DNA of 64,000 bases from Bacteroidota bacterium (lineage in GTDB: Bacteria > Bacteroidota > Rhodothermia > Rhodothermales > UBA10348), in assembly GCA_022571255.1 (NCBI GenBank), contig JACZYD010000001.1, positions 3,892 to 67,891 of the forward strand, written 5' to 3'. Made by a program: the position numbers and the translations under genes. Numbering within the stretch: position 1 is the first letter of the stretch; each line of letters opens with the position of its first letter. Below, one piece after another: positions 38,621 through 47,882 of this stretch. The notes under the pieces are model-generated. The model saw only the letters and a list, made by a program, of their open reading frames with translations, ran no database searches and was not told the origin of the DNA.

Positions 38621-40342
38621 TTAAACGGTCTGGTCCGCAATGGCTGAAAGTCTGGCGACGAGCGCCCGAAGCGAAGGGACCGTGTCACTGTAGAGGCAGA
38701 AAGAGAGAGCCGCGCGATCTTCGCTGATTTCCTCAACCGGAGAGCCGGTGAATACGAGAACAGAGCCGTGTAAAGCGAGAACCGAGTCAATCAACGCAGT
38801 CTGTTCCGGTGTAACACCAAATTTTTGCCAGGCGGCAGGCTTAGCCGTGACAAGCACGACGATGCCGGTGGACTGCCTGGCTCGCGCGAGGATTTCCGCA
38901 GAAAACTCGGGACCGTCGAACATGTCTGGAAATGCGTTGATGAAAGATAGATCTGCGAAACTTTCTGAAAATATAACCTCCACGGATTCCATGGCAGGGT
39001 CAGAATAAACGGGTCTTGGGCAAACATGTACAACGCATAAACCGTTGCGACTTATTCGAGCGTTTGAAACCGATCCGGAACGTATGTGGCATGCGCGAGA
39101 AGCGATGTCGTCGGCAAAAATCTGATTGGAAACGCGTTCTTCTGCGCCCACACGCACAACGCTGCCCGGGTCAGAAAATATCTCAGGTCCGAAACGATCA
39201 AGGAGTCCCGTCTTCAAGGCCCATACGCGTTCAAAAGCCTGATATACAAGGTGTTCGGCGAGGCGACCCGCCCGAACTTCTTCTTCAATCTGCAGGATCA
39301 ACGCAGGTGGATCGGCCACGTCGAGAAGAATATTGACGCCTGCGCGGATCATCTCGGCGGCCCTCGAACCATCAACGTCCTGTCCGGCGGCCCTCGAACC
39401 ATCAACGTCCTGTCCGGCAGCCCTCGAACCATCAACGTCCTGTCCGGCGGCCGCCATGAGCAGGCTGTCCGAAATTATTGCGCCTCTGAATGCCATCCGG
39501 TTACGCAGCAGATCGGTAAGAATTGCGTGGGAAGCTGTGGCGATCTCGCCTGTTGGATCGACAGCCGGATACGCCACATGCGCGGTCATGATAAGGTCCA
39601 CACCCTCAGAGATCGCATCAATAAACGGAGGGAATTCGGTTTGCTCAAGGTCGAGTATGGACTTATCGAGCACAGGAACTTCAGCGTGAGAATCCGTATC
39701 GGTATCTCCGTGGCCAGGGAAATGTTTGGCCGTTGTAAGAAGACCGATGTCCTGACATCCACGAATGTAGGCGCGAACGCGGCCGCCCACCGTAGACGGA
39801 TCCTTTCCAAAGGCCCGCGTGGAAATAATCGGATTGTTCGGATTGGAATGAACGTCCGCGACGGGCGCGAACGATATCTGTATCCCTGCGGAAAGAGCTT
39901 CTCGTGCGATGATTCGTGCGGCTGCTTGTATATTTTCCCGGACCATGATCTCAGCCGCGTGCGTGTTGTTGCCCACTTCCGTTGTTTCAGCCGCGTGCGT
40001 CTCATCGCCTGCACCCTTCGTTTCAGTGAGGCCGAAACGAGGGGCATCAAACGCCATCGCATGCGGGAAAACGGTCGCTCCGCGGAGTTGCTGCCCAGTG
40101 CCTCGCTCGATATCTGCAGCGATCAATAATGGATAGTCCGACACAGCTTGCAATCGGGCGAGCATCGCGGGTGTCGTCGCAAGAGATCCGTTAAAAAGAA
40201 CCAGCCCTCCGATGGGATACTCTGAGAGTAAACTCTGGACGTCCCGTTCCTGGTCTTCCGCAGCAATATCAGGGTGCAGATTCGAACCCAGGCGCGCAAA
40301 GATCAACTGGGAAATCATGCTTCGAAGATCGGTCGGCTTCAC
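38621..40342 (-). CDS. Glycoside hydrolase family 3 protein (NagZ-like beta-N-acetylhexosaminidase N-domain plus a C-terminal domain)
   Basis: GH3 motifs: AADIERG, SFAPVADV, KHFPGHGDTDTDSH and ISDSLLM. The GTG start is at 40342. It contains two in-frame duplications. Confidence 0.85.
   Translation of the reverse strand: MKPTDLRSMISQLIFARLGSNLHPDIAAEDQERDVQSLLSEYPIGGLVLFNGSLATTPAMLARLQAVSDYPLLIAADIERGTGQQLRGATVFPHAMAFDAPRFGLTETKGAGDETHAAETTEVGNNTHAAEIMVRENIQAAARIIAREALSAGIQISFAPVADVHSNPNNPIISTRAFGKDPSTVGGRVRAYIRGCQDIGLLTTAKHFPGHGDTDTDSHAEVPVLDKSILDLEQTEFPPFIDAISEGVDLIMTAHVAYPAVDPTGEIATASHAILTDLLRNRMAFRGAIISDSLLMAAAGQDVDGSRAAGQDVDGSRAAGQDVDGSRAAEMIRAGVNILLDVADPPALILQIEEEVRAGRLAEHLVYQAFERVWALKTGLLDRFGPEIFSDPGSVVRVGAEERVSNQIFADDIASRACHIRSGSVSNARISRNGLCVVHVCPRPVYSDPAMESVEVIFSESFADLSFINAFPDMFDGPEFSAEILARARQSTGIVVLVTAKPAAWQKFGVTPEQTALIDSVLALHGSVLVFTGSPVEEISEDRAALSFCLYSDTVPSLRALVARLSAIADQTV
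39361..39450. repeat. 3 x 30-bp near-perfect in-frame tandem repeat inside the GH3 gene
   Basis: CCCTCGAACCATCAACGTCCTGTCCGGCGG occurs three times with a single mismatch (39419). It encodes AAGQDVDGSR x3 on the minus strand. Confidence 0.95.
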
Positions 40343-40378
40343 GTATTCTGATACAATTTCACGTATTCTGATACAATC
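40339..40378. repeat. 2 x 20-bp tandem duplication at the nadD stop / GH3 start junction
   Basis: TCACGTATTCTGATACAAT occurs twice with a 20-bp period. On the coding strand one copy supplies the nadD TGA (40359-40361) and the other supplies the GH3 GTG start (40340-40342). Confidence 0.9.
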
Positions 40379-41012
40379 GTTTTTCGATGATATACGCGTG
40401 GACAGTTTGCGAGACCAGATCGCTTACACTTCGTCCGTCTACGATCCTTGATCGAATCTCCGAGCTGGAAATCTCAATTTTATCCATTTTCAGCCACTGG
40501 GCATCAAACTCGGCCTCGGCCCCGGCATCTGAAGCGGCCCCGGCCCCGGCCCCGGCGGCTGAACCACCTTCTTTTATTCCTGAAACTTTGTCCTTCTTCG
40601 GAACGCTGCGCGGATACACGATCAACCGGGCCAGTTCCGAAATCTTTTCCGGTTGTTTCCACAAACCAAAGGACAAATACGAATCTGCACCGAGGATGAG
40701 AAACAGCCGTGCGCGTGGATAAGTGCGATTGAGCTCTTCGAGCGTGTCCACGGTGAAAGAAACTCCTCCCCGGTCCAGCTCCAACACCGATAGTTCGAAA
40801 CACCGATCTTCGGCGACACAGAGTTCTGTCATATCGCGGCGCCAGGTCGCAGACGCCCCGGCTTGTTCTGTTTTATGGGGCGATTGAGACGCAGGAATCC
40901 ACAGAACCCGTGACAACCCGAACTGCAGAATTGCAGAACGGGCAACGCAGATATGACCCAGATGAGGGGGGTCGAACGTTCCCCCGAATACTCCAATTCG
41001 CTCGGTGGTCAC
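40359..41012 (-). CDS. nadD: Nicotinate-nucleotide adenylyltransferase
   Basis: GVFGGTFDPPHLGH motif and the C-terminal ISSSEIR motif. A Gly/Ala-rich insertion (GGSAAGAGAGAASDAGAEAE) is encoded by GGCCCC-type hexamer repeats around 40511-40560. Confidence 0.9.
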   Translation of the reverse strand: MTTERIGVFGGTFDPPHLGHICVARSAILQFGLSRVLWIPASQSPHKTEQAGASATWRRDMTELCVAEDRCFELSVLELDRGGVSFTVDTLEELNRTYPRARLFLILGADSYLSFGLWKQPEKISELARLIVYPRSVPKKDKVSGIKEGGSAAGAGAGAASDAGAEAEFDAQWLKMDKIEISSSEIRSRIVDGRSVSDLVSQTVHAYIIEKRLYQNT

Positions 41013-41815
41013 GACGATTCACTGTCCAAGCCCAGTTCTTTAACGACCTCCCGGTAGATGAACAATGCTTCATCGAGAACCGGACTGTCTGGAAAGATCT
41101 GGATCAGCCGGGTATAACTTTCAACCGCCTTTTCCAGGCGGATTTCCTGGGAGGCCCGAATGCTCTGTCGGGCATAAGCCAGGTACATACGCATAGCTCC
41201 CAAAAGTGCATCGTCGGCATATTCTGAATCATAATACTGGTCGAAGACGGTTTCATACGACAACGCAGAAGCCTTGAACATCTCTCGCCGTTCGTACTGT
41301 TGAGCAACTTGAAATTGTTTGTGGGCCAACTTTTCTCTCAGTTCGAGAATGCGTTTTTGAGCTTGCGGCGCCAGAATGTTGTCCGGGTTCCGGCGGATAA
41401 AAAGTTGAAATTGAGTGATCGCATCCACGGTTGGATTTTGATCCAGATCGAACTCCGGTGATCGATCGAGATACGTTTCAGCCAGCTCAAATTCAGCTTC
41501 GGGTATGCGCTCATCATTTCTGTAGATCTGGATGAAACGTCCGTATTCATTTGCGGCAAGAAGATATTGCCGATCACCACCGTAAGCTCGAGCAAGAAAA
41601 AGTTGCGATTCGGCAGCCCATTCATGCGTTCGACCGAAATCAAAAACACCCTGGAAATACTCTGCTGCCGTCCGAAACCGCTCGTCTTCATACGCCTTCA
41701 TGCCTTTCGTAAAGGCTTCCTCGGGAGAATCGTACCGCACGCGCGAAGTGCCAGAACACGCACTGATCAGAATAACTCCGATGAGAAAAAATGATTTCAG
41801 GATCCTTAAGGACAT
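41009..41815 (-). CDS. bamD: Outer membrane protein assembly factor BamD (TPR lipoprotein)
   Basis: Lipobox ISAC after the ATG at 41815, and TPR-like repeats with the typical BamD pattern (AEFELAETYL, AQKRILELREKLA). 4-nt overlap with the nadD start. Confidence 0.75.
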   Translation of the reverse strand: MSLRILKSFFLIGVILISACSGTSRVRYDSPEEAFTKGMKAYEDERFRTAAEYFQGVFDFGRTHEWAAESQLFLARAYGGDRQYLLAANEYGRFIQIYRNDERIPEAEFELAETYLDRSPEFDLDQNPTVDAITQFQLFIRRNPDNILAPQAQKRILELREKLAHKQFQVAQQYERREMFKASALSYETVFDQYYDSEYADDALLGAMRMYLAYARQSIRASQEIRLEKAVESYTRLIQIFPDSPVLDEALFIYREVVKELGLDSESS

Positions 41816-41891
41816 GAATGATCTGGTTTGAACGGACGATGGCGCGCTGAAACGAAGCCCCTGAGTGGCTGTTCCACTCGTCAATTGATGG

Positions 41892-43343
41892 TTACCGCAA
41901 CAATTGCAGCTCTCCGTCTCTGTACCGATAGTAGAACATGGAGCGATTTATGTTGCCACCCTCGAATCCGATGCGTAATGCAATGCCCTCAAATATCGGC
42001 GTTCCAGGCAAGACATCGACCAGTGGATCCTGCCCGGCAAAATCCAGGGTTTGAAGGAGGAATGTGGTCACGTCATACCCCGTATAAACCAGTCGGCCCG
42101 GTGTATTATTGTGTGCCGTCTTGTACATCTGTTCAAAGGCGATCACCCGCTCACTTTCCGGGTCCAGATTAAAATCATTGGAATACGTAGTCTGGTACCG
42201 CGATGCATCACTCAGCATGGGAATGTCGTGGTACGAGGCGTTTCCGAGGATGCGGATATCGGCTCGAAGGCGATTCATACTCGAAAAAACAGCTCCGATG
42301 GCTGGCTCAGGAGGGATTTCCGTGATCGGTATATACAAAGCGTCCATATATAGTAACGTGTCGGCCGTAATGATTTCAGAAAGCCGGACCCACTCATTGG
42401 CGCTTTTGAGGACCGAGACAAAATTGATTTCGGCGCCGAGTCTTGACGCCTCTTCGATGAATGAGTCGGTCAGGCGCTCGCCGACGTGTTCCGGGTCTTC
42501 ACTCGCAAGAACGCCGAGAGAGCGTAATCGAAGCCCGTTTACAGCGAAACGAGCCATCAAGCTACCGCGCATCCGAATCGAAGGATTGGCCTGAAATGCG
42601 TAGCGTCTGCCATCCGTAACACGCTCGTCGGTCGCTAAAGGCGCAATAAAAACGATCTCGTTTTCATCGGCAGCCTGCGCAGCCGCGATAGCCTGTTCGC
42701 TGAAAAGAGTACCCACGATAAACTCGACGCCCTCCGCAGCCAATTCATATACGGCATTTGCGGCTGTCGACGGGCGACTCCCGGTGTCGCGGAATATCAT
42801 CCGTATTCTGTGTTCCTCGCTCGTCCGGTTGTATTCCGCGACCGCAAGCTTGATGCCATTGAACATCGCCTGAGTCTGGGACACTTCCTGCTGATCAAGG
42901 GAGAGGATAATGCCTATGCTAAGGATGTCTTTGCCACTGCGATGGAGAATGGTACCTGCCATCGTAAGAAGGCTTTTTGCCTCGTCCAGATAACTACTGC
43001 TCGAATACGCGTCCAGAAATCGCGACAGCTCTCTGGATGTTGCCTGGTAGTCTCTCAGCCTGTAGGCAGCTTTGGCAGCCATCAGCGTGGAGGCTGTGGT
43101 TTTCGTGTGAAGCGGTGACATTTCTGCAGCCTCAAGAAATGCGGCGCGTGCTTCGTCATAATGCGCTTTTCTGAAAGCTGAAACGCCCGCGTCAAACAGA
43201 GAATCTGCCGAAGCGTTGGCTTGAAGGTCGGTGTTCTGAGCGCGCGCGAGGCGTGCGCCAGACACACCCGATATATTTACAACGACCAGTATCGCAACTA
43301 CTTGCAGTTTTATCTTCAATAAGAAGTGCACAATTATTCCCAT
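41892..43343 (-). CDS. TPR plus type-I periplasmic binding protein fold protein (LivK/LpoA-like)
   Basis: N-terminal signal/anchor and a TPR-like region ([22 protein letters not shown]). This is followed by a Peripla_BP_6-like region (IGIILSLDQ...[10 protein letters not shown]...[11 protein letters not shown]). Confidence 0.65.
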   Translation of the reverse strand: MGIIVHFLLKIKLQVVAILVVVNISGVSGARLARAQNTDLQANASADSLFDAGVSAFRKAHYDEARAAFLEAAEMSPLHTKTTASTLMAAKAAYRLRDYQATSRELSRFLDAYSSSSYLDEAKSLLTMAGTILHRSGKDILSIGIILSLDQQEVSQTQAMFNGIKLAVAEYNRTSEEHRIRMIFRDTGSRPSTAANAVYELAAEGVEFIVGTLFSEQAIAAAQAADENEIVFIAPLATDERVTDGRRYAFQANPSIRMRGSLMARFAVNGLRLRSLGVLASEDPEHVGERLTDSFIEEASRLGAEINFVSVLKSANEWVRLSEIITADTLLYMDALYIPITEIPPEPAIGAVFSSMNRLRADIRILGNASYHDIPMLSDASRYQTTYSNDFNLDPESERVIAFEQMYKTAHNNTPGRLVYTGYDVTTFLLQTLDFAGQDPLVDVLPGTPIFEGIALRIGFEGGNINRSMFYYRYRDGELQLLR

Positions 43344-44902
43344 TCAATTGTGGCGGGAGGTTTTGAGCCGATGTCGTAAACGATACGATTTATTCCACGC
43401 ACTTCGTTGACGATCCGGGCCGAGACATGGGCAAGAAACTCATGAGGCAAGCGCGCCCAGTCCGCTGTCATTCCGTCGACACTCGTAACTGCGCGCAACG
43501 CGCAGACATTTTCGTAGGTTCTCTCATCTCCCATCACACCTACGGTACGGACAGGCAGCAATACTGCAAACGCCTGCCAGACTTCATGGTATAAGTCCTG
43601 CTCTCGAAGTTCATCGATGAAAATGGCATCGGCTTCACGCAGGATATCCAGATCCTCTTTATGAATCTCGCCGATGATGCGAATACCCAGCCCGGGACCC
43701 GGAAAAGGGTGACGATTCAATATTGCCGATGGTATTTCGAGCAAGCGGCCGATTTCTCGAACCTCGTCTTTAAAGAGTTCTCGAAATGGTTCCAGAACCT
43801 CCAGCTTCATGTCTTTCGGGAGTCCGCCGACATTGTGATGGGATTTGATGGTGACCGAGGGCCCTTTGAAAGAAACGCTTTCGATAACGTCGGGATAGAG
43901 TGTGCCCTGGGCAAGGAATTTCGGTCGATGCCCGAGCTCAAGAACCAGATCATCCGTTGCCTGGTCAAATACTTCAACAAACGTATTGCCGATGATTTTT
44001 CGTTTTTCTTCCGGATCGACGACACCACTCAGACGCTCCAGAAAAAGATCGCAGGCGTCCACCGCTTTGAGTCGGATGTGGAAGTGATCCCGAAAGGTCT
44101 TTTGAACCTGCTCCCATTCTCCCTTTCTGAGCAATCCGTTGTTTACGAACACACAGGAAAGCTGATCGCCAATTGCCTTGTGAAGCAATACGGCAGCCAC
44201 CGACGAATCGACTCCACCCGAGAGGCCCAATACTACATGTGCATCGCCGACGGTTTTTCTGATTTCGTCAATTTTTTCATCAATGAAAGAAGCCGCAGAC
44301 CAGTCTCCCGAGCAGCCACAGATCCGGTGCGTAAAATTCTCCAGTATCAACCTTCCGTCGTCCGTATGAACTACTTCCGGGTGAAACTGAACACCGTAGT
44401 GTGACAGATTTTTTGACCGGACCGCCGCGACGGGAGCGTTTTCGCTATGCCCGATGATTTCATAGTCCGGAGGAAGTTCAGTAACCCGGTCTCCGTGGCT
44501 CATCCAGACGGTCGATGAATCCTGTATGCCTGCGAACAGGTCTTCTGTTCGATCGACGATCAGCCGAGCGCGGCCAAATTCCCGGTGGTCCGCGCGGGCG
44601 ACAACACCACCCTCATTGAGACACATGGCCATCATACCATAACAAATCCCCAGCACGGGCATTTTTGTCCCATCTGCTCTTTTTAATGTCAGGATCTCCG
44701 GATCGAGGCGAGGTGCGTGCTCATCGTAGACGGAGCTGGGACCTCCCGAAAGAATGATCCCTGACGGGTTCATTGCCATTAATTTCGGCAAATCAATAGT
44801 ACACGGAACGATTTCAGAAAACACTCCCACCTCGCGGACCCGCCGGGCAATGAGCTGGGTATATTGTGATCCGAAATCGAGTATGACGATTTTCTGGAGC
44901 AT
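43334..44902 (-). CDS. guaA: Glutamine-hydrolysing GMP synthase
   Basis: GATase domain ([18 protein letters not shown]), the ATP-PPase motif [11 protein letters not shown], and the C-terminal ATIEWE. Confidence 0.95.
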   Translation of the reverse strand: MLQKIVILDFGSQYTQLIARRVREVGVFSEIVPCTIDLPKLMAMNPSGIILSGGPSSVYDEHAPRLDPEILTLKRADGTKMPVLGICYGMMAMCLNEGGVVARADHREFGRARLIVDRTEDLFAGIQDSSTVWMSHGDRVTELPPDYEIIGHSENAPVAAVRSKNLSHYGVQFHPEVVHTDDGRLILENFTHRICGCSGDWSAASFIDEKIDEIRKTVGDAHVVLGLSGGVDSSVAAVLLHKAIGDQLSCVFVNNGLLRKGEWEQVQKTFRDHFHIRLKAVDACDLFLERLSGVVDPEEKRKIIGNTFVEVFDQATDDLVLELGHRPKFLAQGTLYPDVIESVSFKGPSVTIKSHHNVGGLPKDMKLEVLEPFRELFKDEVREIGRLLEIPSAILNRHPFPGPGLGIRIIGEIHKEDLDILREADAIFIDELREQDLYHEVWQAFAVLLPVRTVGVMGDERTYENVCALRAVTSVDGMTADWARLPHEFLAHVSARIVNEVRGINRIVYDIGSKPPATIEWE

Positions 44903-44946
44903 GAAAAAGTGTTGGATGCAGGGTTTGTGTTGAACCGACCGGCAGG

Positions 44947-45333
44947 TCAGGTGGCAACAATCTTTGCGTATGCCTCTGCGTCCAGCAGTTCCTCAACCTG
45001 CGCCGGATCCGATAACTGGATCAAAATTATCCAACCTTCTCCATACGGGTCGGTGTTGACCAGTTCCGGGTTATCGTCAAGGACTTCGTTGAACTCATCC
45101 ACATGCCCTGACAGGGGCATGAACAGCTCAGAGACCGTTTTTACAGCCTCAATCGTTCCAAAGGGGTCGTCTTTGGCAACATCTTCGTCCAGCGCATCGA
45201 TTTCCAGGTATACGATGTCTCCCAGTTCGGACTGGGCGAAGTGTGTGATGCCAACTTTACAGGTTGATCCGTCATCCGAAACACGAATCCACTCATGATC
45301 GGTTGTATATCGGAGGTCTTTGGGGATTGACAT
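44947..45333 (-). CDS. gcvH: Glycine cleavage system protein H
   Basis: YTTDHEWI... and the lipoyl-lysine context [10 protein letters not shown]. 128 aa. Confidence 0.9.
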   Translation of the reverse strand: MSIPKDLRYTTDHEWIRVSDDGSTCKVGITHFAQSELGDIVYLEIDALDEDVAKDDPFGTIEAVKTVSELFMPLSGHVDEFNEVLDDNPELVNTDPYGEGWIILIQLSDPAQVEELLDAEAYAKIVAT

Positions 45334-45344
45334 AGAGGACTTAC

Positions 45345-46694
45345 TCAGAGGTTTGGCGGCTTAAGGACGAACGTTTCCAGGAAACGCGTATCGAAATCTC
45401 CCTTCTGAAAAGCATCGGACGAAAGCAGCTGCTGGTGAAATGGAATGGTGGTGTGAACGCCTTCAATCACGAATTCGTCTAGAGCCCGGAGCATTTTACG
45501 AATGGCCAGATCACGTGTGCGAGCGCGAACAATAAGTTTTGCAATCATCGAGTCGTAATAGGGCGGAATCTGGTAGCCGGCGTACGCGTGCGTATCGACT
45601 CGAACACCGTGGCCTCCCGAAGGGTGAAACGTCTGTATCAGTCCCGGACTCGGTGAAAAATTGTTGAATGGATTTTCCGCGTTGATCCTGCATTCAATGG
45701 CATGCCCGAGAAGTGGAATATCACGTTTGCGAACTTTTTCCCCCATCGCCACACGGATCTGATATTCTACGAGATCACAATCGGTAACCTCTTCCGTGAC
45801 CGGATGTTCTACTTGGATTCGGGTGTTCATCTCCATGAAATAGTAGTTTCCCTGGTCATCGAGCAGGAATTCTACCGTCCCGGCTCCTTCATAATTGACC
45901 GAACTTGCTCCGAGTATGGCCGATTCTCCCATACGAGCCCGCAAATTTGCGTCGACAACCGGAGAAGGGGACTCTTCGACCAGCTTTTGATGTCGCCGTT
46001 GAATGGAACACTCACGCTCGCCAAAATGAATACAAGATCCTGTTCCATCACCGAGTACCTGGATTTCAATGTGGCGTGGTCCGGATACGAATTTCTCGAT
46101 ATACACGCCTTCGTTGCCGAATGCGCTTCCGGCTTCGGCAGAGGCTGTCTTGAATTGTCGTTCGAACTCATCGCTACCTGTGGCCAGACGCATACCACGG
46201 CCGCCACCACCCGCACTCGCTTTGATCATTACGGGGAAGCCCATCTCTTCGGCCACTTTCAGTCCCTCTTCAGGCGTTGCGACCTCTCCGTCAGATCCTG
46301 GCACGACAGGTACGCCGGCCGCGAGCATGGTTTTTTTGGCGAAACTTTTGTTGCCCATCAGGCGGATGTTCTCTGGGGAAGCGCCGATAAACTTGATCTT
46401 GTGATCCGCACATATTTCGCTGAATGCAGCATTTTCCGACAGAAATCCGTACCCGGGGTGAATGGCATCGGCGCCCGTGACTTCGGCGGCGGCGATAATT
46501 CGATCGGGCCGCAGGTAGGAATCCCGACTTTCCGGCGGACCGATGCACACGGCTTCATCCGAAAATCGGACGTGCAGTGAATCCCGGTCAGCGGTCGAGA
46601 ATACGGCCACTGTTTTCAACCCCATCTCGTGACAGGTACGCATGATGCGAAGGGCGATTTCGCCTCGATTGGCGATTAAAACTTTCTTGATCAC
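45345..46694 (-). CDS. accC: Acetyl-CoA carboxylase biotin carboxylase subunit
   Basis: [14 protein letters not shown]..., ATP-grasp motifs, [14 protein letters not shown], 449 aa. Confidence 0.95.
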   Translation of the reverse strand: MIKKVLIANRGEIALRIMRTCHEMGLKTVAVFSTADRDSLHVRFSDEAVCIGPPESRDSYLRPDRIIAAAEVTGADAIHPGYGFLSENAAFSEICADHKIKFIGASPENIRLMGNKSFAKKTMLAAGVPVVPGSDGEVATPEEGLKVAEEMGFPVMIKASAGGGGRGMRLATGSDEFERQFKTASAEAGSAFGNEGVYIEKFVSGPRHIEIQVLGDGTGSCIHFGERECSIQRRHQKLVEESPSPVVDANLRARMGESAILGASSVNYEGAGTVEFLLDDQGNYYFMEMNTRIQVEHPVTEEVTDCDLVEYQIRVAMGEKVRKRDIPLLGHAIECRINAENPFNNFSPSPGLIQTFHPSGGHGVRVDTHAYAGYQIPPYYDSMIAKLIVRARTRDLAIRKMLRALDEFVIEGVHTTIPFHQQLLSSDAFQKGDFDTRFLETFVLKPPNL

Positions 46695-46733
46695 GGGTGG
46701 AGTAAGCTGGGTTCGCGGCTGTCGGGATGCCGG

Positions 46734-47186
<453 letters not shown>

Positions 47187-47218
47187 CAGCGACTCCTGTG
47201 TGGGTGAGTTGGGTTGAA

Positions 47219-47785
47219 TTACGCGTTGACACGCGTAATGTAATCACCTTTTTCGGTGTTGACTCGAATAACATCTCCTTCATTGACAAAAAGAGGGACA
47301 TTTACGACGACCCCGCTTTCGAGGGTGGCGGGTTTGGTGGCACCCTGAGCTGTGTCGCCTTTAAGTCCAGGTTCGGTGGTTACGACCGTCAGTTCTACGC
47401 TGTTGGGTATTTCAGTGGTCAGTGGTTGCTCCGTCTCGCTGTGAAAAATGATATCAATCGTGCCGCCTTCTTTGATGTATTCTCTTCCCTTTACTGAATC
47501 CACGGGCAGGGAAATCTGGTCATATGTGTCTGAATTCATAAAGTGCAGACCAAGATCGTCCTCGTACAGGAATTGATATTTTCGTTTTTCAACGCGCACT
47601 TCCTGCACTTTTTCCCCCGCCCGAAACGTATTGTCCACAATTTTGCCCGTTCGTACATGGCGTAATTTTGTACGTACGAACGCACCCCCTTTTCCAGGTT
47701 TTACGTGCTGGAACTCGATGATCGACCATATATCTCCGTTCCATTTCATACTGAAGCCGTTGCGAAAATTACTCGTATCTGCCAT
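47219..47785 (-). CDS. efp: Elongation factor P
   Basis: FRNGFSMKWNGDIWSIIEFQHVKPGKGGAFVRTKL is canonical EF-P. Confidence 0.95.
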   Translation of the reverse strand: MADTSNFRNGFSMKWNGDIWSIIEFQHVKPGKGGAFVRTKLRHVRTGKIVDNTFRAGEKVQEVRVEKRKYQFLYEDDLGLHFMNSDTYDQISLPVDSVKGREYIKEGGTIDIIFHSETEQPLTTEIPNSVELTVVTTEPGLKGDTAQGATKPATLESGVVVNVPLFVNEGDVIRVNTEKGDYITRVNA

Positions 47786-47882
47786 GTAGTTCTAAGTGGG
47801 ATTTTTCTGGAATCAAAAATATACCTTGCGTGCCGTCAGCGTGTCAATTTGACTCGTACGAATATCCTGCAAGAAACAAGAT

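Noticed and set aside
39086-40129. A 347-aa plus-strand ORF. Other long ORFs of the same kind are 45702-46580, 43661-44404, 26901-27734, 12777-13406, 17479-18120, 17966-18682, 19978-20577, 20680-21294, 27769-28455, 52260-52937, 57344-57937, 59584-60108 and 60368-60931.
   Set aside because: All lie antisense to, or out of frame within, genes with unmistakable family motifs (GH3, accC, guaA, chaN, miaB, thiL, atpD, ruvB, leuS, hisC, PP2C). Their translations are Arg/Ser/Cys-rich low-information sequences, typical of shadow ORFs in GC-rich DNA.
40279-40289. GATTCGAACCC, resembling the reverse complement of a tRNA T-loop.
   Set aside because: The flanks cannot form a T-stem or an acceptor stem, and the sequence lies inside the GH3 coding frame (LGSNLHPDI). 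No tRNA was found anywhere in the window.
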